From Candidatus Latescibacterota bacterium (GTDB lineage Bacteria; Latescibacterota; UBA2968; UBA8231), in the NCBI GenBank assembly GCA_965217585.1, contig OZ244561.1, forward strand, positions 5,824,001-5,888,000: 64,000 nt of DNA, in the 5' to 3' direction. Shown here in pieces: positions 60,816 through 64,000 of the stretch. The position numbers and the translations under genes are program-made. The notes beneath the pieces were generated by a model. The model worked only from the letters and a program-made list of their open reading frames with translations. It made no database searches and had not been told where the DNA came from. The first letter of the stretch is position 1. Every line of letters begins with the position of its first letter.

Positions 60816-63338
60816 CATCTTCGTCGCTTGGCGGGCCGCGCCGGCGCGCATGATGAGCAAATAGGTGCCGCTGGCCAGCGGCCGTCCCTGATCGTCCTTT
60901 CCATCCCAATGAATCTGATATGTCCCCGCTTCCCGATGCTGGCGCAAGAGGGTGCGCACGGCTTGGCCGAGGGCGTTGTACACGCGCAGTTCTACCAAGG
61001 TACCGGCGGCGAGTGTGTAGGTGATTTGCGTCGAGCCATTGAAGGGGTTGGGGAACGCAGGCGCAAGGGCGAAGTGGGTCGGGTGGGTCGGGTGTTGGCC
61101 TATGGTCGTGGGCCAAACCGGCTGTGCCAGCGCGATGCCGCGTGGATTCTGGCCTAAGGCGTAGCGGTCGACGACCTCGTCGCGCACGGCATCGACGATG
61201 TGGATCTCATTGGAAAAGGAACTGGTGACGTACGCCTGGGTGCCGTCGGGCGAGAAGGCAATGGCCCGTGGATTGCGGCCGATGGCGAGCTTTTTGCGCA
61301 GTGTTCCGCTGGCGGCATCGACGACTAGTAGGGAGCCTTCGTCGTGCGCGGTCAAATAGAGCTTGTGGCCGTCGGGGCTGGGCGCGATGGCAAAGGTACC
61401 GCTGACGCCTAAGTCGGTGGAGCGCGAGACGGTTGCGCCATCGGCGTCGATGGCGGTCAAGCGGCCCGTGTCCATGCTGGTTACGTAAAGCGTCTTTCCG
61501 TCAGGCGCAAGAGCGAGAGAACGCGGTCGTGGCGGTACAGGTATGCGGCCGGTTATGTGGCCTTGCGGCGAGAGGATGAGTACGCGGCTACCAGCGATGT
61601 CGGTGGTGAATATCTTGTCGGCGGTGGCGGCGACGCCGTACAGCCCTTCACTCGTGCTGGCGAGTGAAACGGTGCGCGCTTGGCTCGACTCGATATCGAC
61701 GATGGTCAGCGCACTCGTGCCCGAGTTGGTCGCATAGAGGGTTTTGCCGTCGGGCGCGAGGGCCATGTCGAGGGGCTGGACGGCGGTCTCGATGCGCGCT
61801 TGGACCTGGAAGGTCGCGATGTCGATGACGCGGAGGTCGTTCGACGAGAGGTTGGACACGAAGAGTTGCTCGCCGGCTAGGAGCACTTGGATCGGCTCGT
61901 CGCCAACGGGGATGCGCGCTAGCTCGCGATGGGTGTCCGTATCGACGACGCCGATAGCGTCGTCGCCGCGCAAGGCGGTAAAAGCTAACGGGCCCCCGGT
62001 CAACTCGACGATGGTGAAGTCGAGCCAAGCGTCCGCGTAGGGAAAGTACGAGACCTTGCCGTCGGCACCGTGGGCTTTGATCTGATAGGCGATGTGCGTG
62101 CCGACGTGCTGTCCGGGAATTTGGGCGACGAAGGAGCCGTCTTGCTGCTGCATCTGCAGGTGCTGTATGCTCCCTCCGTCAATCTGATAGAGGAGCCACA
62201 AGCTGGCGGCATCGCGGGCTTCGACGCGCACTGGATAAGGGCCTTGTGTATCAGGGGTGTTGGTGACCAGCGCTATGGGGAGGACGAAGGGATAGCCGGG
62301 CACGGCAAAACCGGTGACGAAATCGACATCGCCGATGTGCTGAGCAGCAGCCAAGTCGAGGATGGGGGCATAGGTGTCGTCGCGGGCGTTGTCGTAGAAC
62401 TCCACGGGGAATCCAGTGGCAAAATCAGTGAAAATACCGCCGAAGTTATCTTCGTTAATCGCCCCGGCAATGGGCGCGAGGCTCAGGCGGTAGCGGCCTG
62501 GTGTCAAGCCGTACAGCCGGTAGTGCCCGACCGTGGCGGCACTTGGGTCGGCACCCGAGACGGTGCTGAACAGTTGGCCGGTGTCGAGGTTTTCAGCCTT
62601 GATATGGGTGCCGAAGAGTGGCTGTTGGTCGAAGTTGCGGACTTGGCCGGCGATGCTGCCGACGCTGGCTTGGTAGCCAACGGCCGGATAGAGGAAGCTG
62701 ACGCCGGCGATGTCGTCGGGTTCGAGGCTTTGCGCTTCGCCGGAGTCGTCGCCGTGGTTGAAGGGGTTCATGGTCGGGCGGATATGCGGGGGACCGTCGA
62801 GAGGGGTGTGTTCAAGCCCGAGCAGGTGGCCGATTTCGTGGACGGCCACGTCTTTGAGGTTTACTAAGCGGCCGGGCCGAACAAATAGACCAGCGGAAAA
62901 GCGGAAGTCGCGCCCGTTAAAGATGATGTCCGCGTCGGTGATATGGCCGGTCGAGAAATGGGACCTGATGCGGGTTACGGCGATGACGCCGGTCCCGGGC
63001 GGGGCGTCCAGGTAGCGTCCGGTCTCGTCGAAGTAGATCAGGTTGCGCCCATCTCTTTGCGTTGGGACGCTGCTTTGGGTTGTGCCCTGATCGACAAAGT
63101 CCACCTGCGCCGTAGCTACGTCACTCCAGACCTGAAAGCTTTCGCGTATCAACGCATGGGTCTGGGCGGGAGAAAGGTCGTCGGAACCAGCGGCGTGAAG
63201 CGCAAAAGGAATGCGGTCGGGGTGGCGCCAAGTCTGCTGGATTTGGTGCCCAAATGGGGATTCAACGGTCTGGATGAGAAAGCCGTGGCTGGGCATGGCG
63301 ACGAGCAGGCCGCCAAGCAGCAGGCCGCTAGTGCGCAT
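60801..63338 (-). CDS. Secreted matrixin (M10)-type metalloprotease with YVTN beta-propeller and FlgD/T9SS-A-type CTD
   Basis: HEIGHLLGLEH with Met-turn; YncE-like repeats; FPNPFN...KMLLLR. Confidence 0.85.
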   Translation of the reverse strand: MRTSGLLLGGLLVAMPSHGFLIQTVESPFGHQIQQTWRHPDRIPFALHAAGSDDLSPAQTHALIRESFQVWSDVATAQVDFVDQGTTQSSVPTQRDGRNLIYFDETGRYLDAPPGTGVIAVTRIRSHFSTGHITDADIIFNGRDFRFSAGLFVRPGRLVNLKDVAVHEIGHLLGLEHTPLDGPPHIRPTMNPFNHGDDSGEAQSLEPDDIAGVSFLYPAVGYQASVGSIAGQVRNFDQQPLFGTHIKAENLDTGQLFSTVSGADPSAATVGHYRLYGLTPGRYRLSLAPIAGAINEDNFGGIFTDFATGFPVEFYDNARDDTYAPILDLAAAQHIGDVDFVTGFAVPGYPFVLPIALVTNTPDTQGPYPVRVEARDAASLWLLYQIDGGSIQHLQMQQQDGSFVAQIPGQHVGTHIAYQIKAHGADGKVSYFPYADAWLDFTIVELTGGPLAFTALRGDDAIGVVDTDTHRELARIPVGDEPIQVLLAGEQLFVSNLSSNDLRVIDIATFQVQARIETAVQPLDMALAPDGKTLYATNSGTSALTIVDIESSQARTVSLASTSEGLYGVAATADKIFTTDIAGSRVLILSPQGHITGRIPVPPRPRSLALAPDGKTLYVTSMDTGRLTAIDADGATVSRSTDLGVSGTFAIAPSPDGHKLYLTAHDEGSLLVVDAASGTLRKKLAIGRNPRAIAFSPDGTQAYVTSSFSNEIHIVDAVRDEVVDRYALGQNPRGIALAQPVWPTTIGQHPTHPTHFALAPAFPNPFNGSTQITYTLAAGTLVELRVYNALGQAVRTLLRQHREAGTYQIHWDGKDDQGRPLASGTYLLIMRAGAARQATKMLLLR

Positions 63339-63897
63339 CGCGTGTCTCCAGCCTTTGGTCTTTGCTCAGGGCGCGCACCCGCACTAAAAACTGGTTGAGC
63401 GGCATGCCTTGGACCGGTTCGTCGGGCGGTGCCTTTTTGGGCGCGCTCTGCGGCTCGGCGTGCAGCGTAAGGCCGTCTAGCTCTTGGAAGACGTGTGGCT
63501 TGTTGGCTGCGCTGCGCTTGATGGCGAAGTGTCCTTGGGCCAGTCCGACCGGCCAGGGGTGGCCCGATGCGTTCACCGCGGTGAGAAAGAGCACAGCCTC
63601 GTCTCCGGGGGCGAAGACGGGCATGCCGACGATGCGGGTAAAAGCGCCTTGTAGATGTCCACCGGGCAGGTGCAATTCCAGTTGCGAGATCGCAGGCCCT
63701 TTGATGGCTTGGGAGACGGAGAACACATAGCGGGTATAGATCTGTCCGCGCACCCATTGGGGCTGGGCCTGTCTACAGACCCCGACGACGATGCGTTCGG
63801 CGCTGGTGGTCAGAGCCGCCAAATCGAAGCGCTGGACTGTAGTAGCCGCAAGTGGAGTGGTTAGCCAGACTAGGCAGAATGCAATGCGAGCGACCAT
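63328..63897 (-). CDS. Secreted hypothetical protein coupled to the matrixin gene
   Basis: Signal peptide; LTTSAERIVVG...PGG...GMPVF.PGDEAVLFL; overlaps the protease start. Confidence 0.75.
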   Translation of the reverse strand: MVARIAFCLVWLTTPLAATTVQRFDLAALTTSAERIVVGVCRQAQPQWVRGQIYTRYVFSVSQAIKGPAISQLELHLPGGHLQGAFTRIVGMPVFAPGDEAVLFLTAVNASGHPWPVGLAQGHFAIKRSAANKPHVFQELDGLTLHAEPQSAPKKAPPDEPVQGMPLNQFLVRVRALSKDQRLETRDAH

Positions 63898-64000
63898 GGC
63901 GTTTATCTCCTCAGGGATACTCGCTCTTTGATCAGTAGAATCAATATCGACTCAGACGCTAGGGAGCGGTTAAAGTTGTCCAAGGGACTTGGGGTACTCG

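Overview
GC-rich bacterial chromosome segment. Several secreted proteins end in an 'NPFN...KxLLLR/K' FlgD/T9SS-A-like C-terminal domain, and WD40/Ig proteins and GHL10-like, PhyH and sulfotransferase genes are abundant. By inference this suggests an FCB-superphylum organism such as a Latescibacterota-like host-associated symbiont; the taxonomy was not verified. The backbone carries metabolic genes (SDR, two M20 peptidases, Gfo/Idh/MocA, NhaC-type antiporter, mbfA, HisC-like aminotransferase, AKR, thiolase, ssb, cysK, tRNA-Ala) and two ECF sigma loci. Accessory DNA clusters at about 3.8-15.7 kb, 37-43.2 kb and 47-52.3 kb. The most striking pattern is that accessory cassettes (an ABC exporter, a PemK TA pair, an MNT-HEPN TA pair and others) sit directly behind the stop codon of a host gene and are followed by a diverged second copy of that gene's 3' tail (51-96 bp, about 90-94% identical, many differences synonymous). 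The argE-like gene has left three such fragments over about 9 kb. No integrase is present, so this looks like an integrase-free 'tail-swap' cassette acquisition process. An IS110 element is also fully readable: its left-end bridge RNA contains guides matching both its REP target and its own donor junction, and circularisation would create a promoter. IS5, IS630 and IS3 insertions each interrupt small genes that can be reconstructed in silico.
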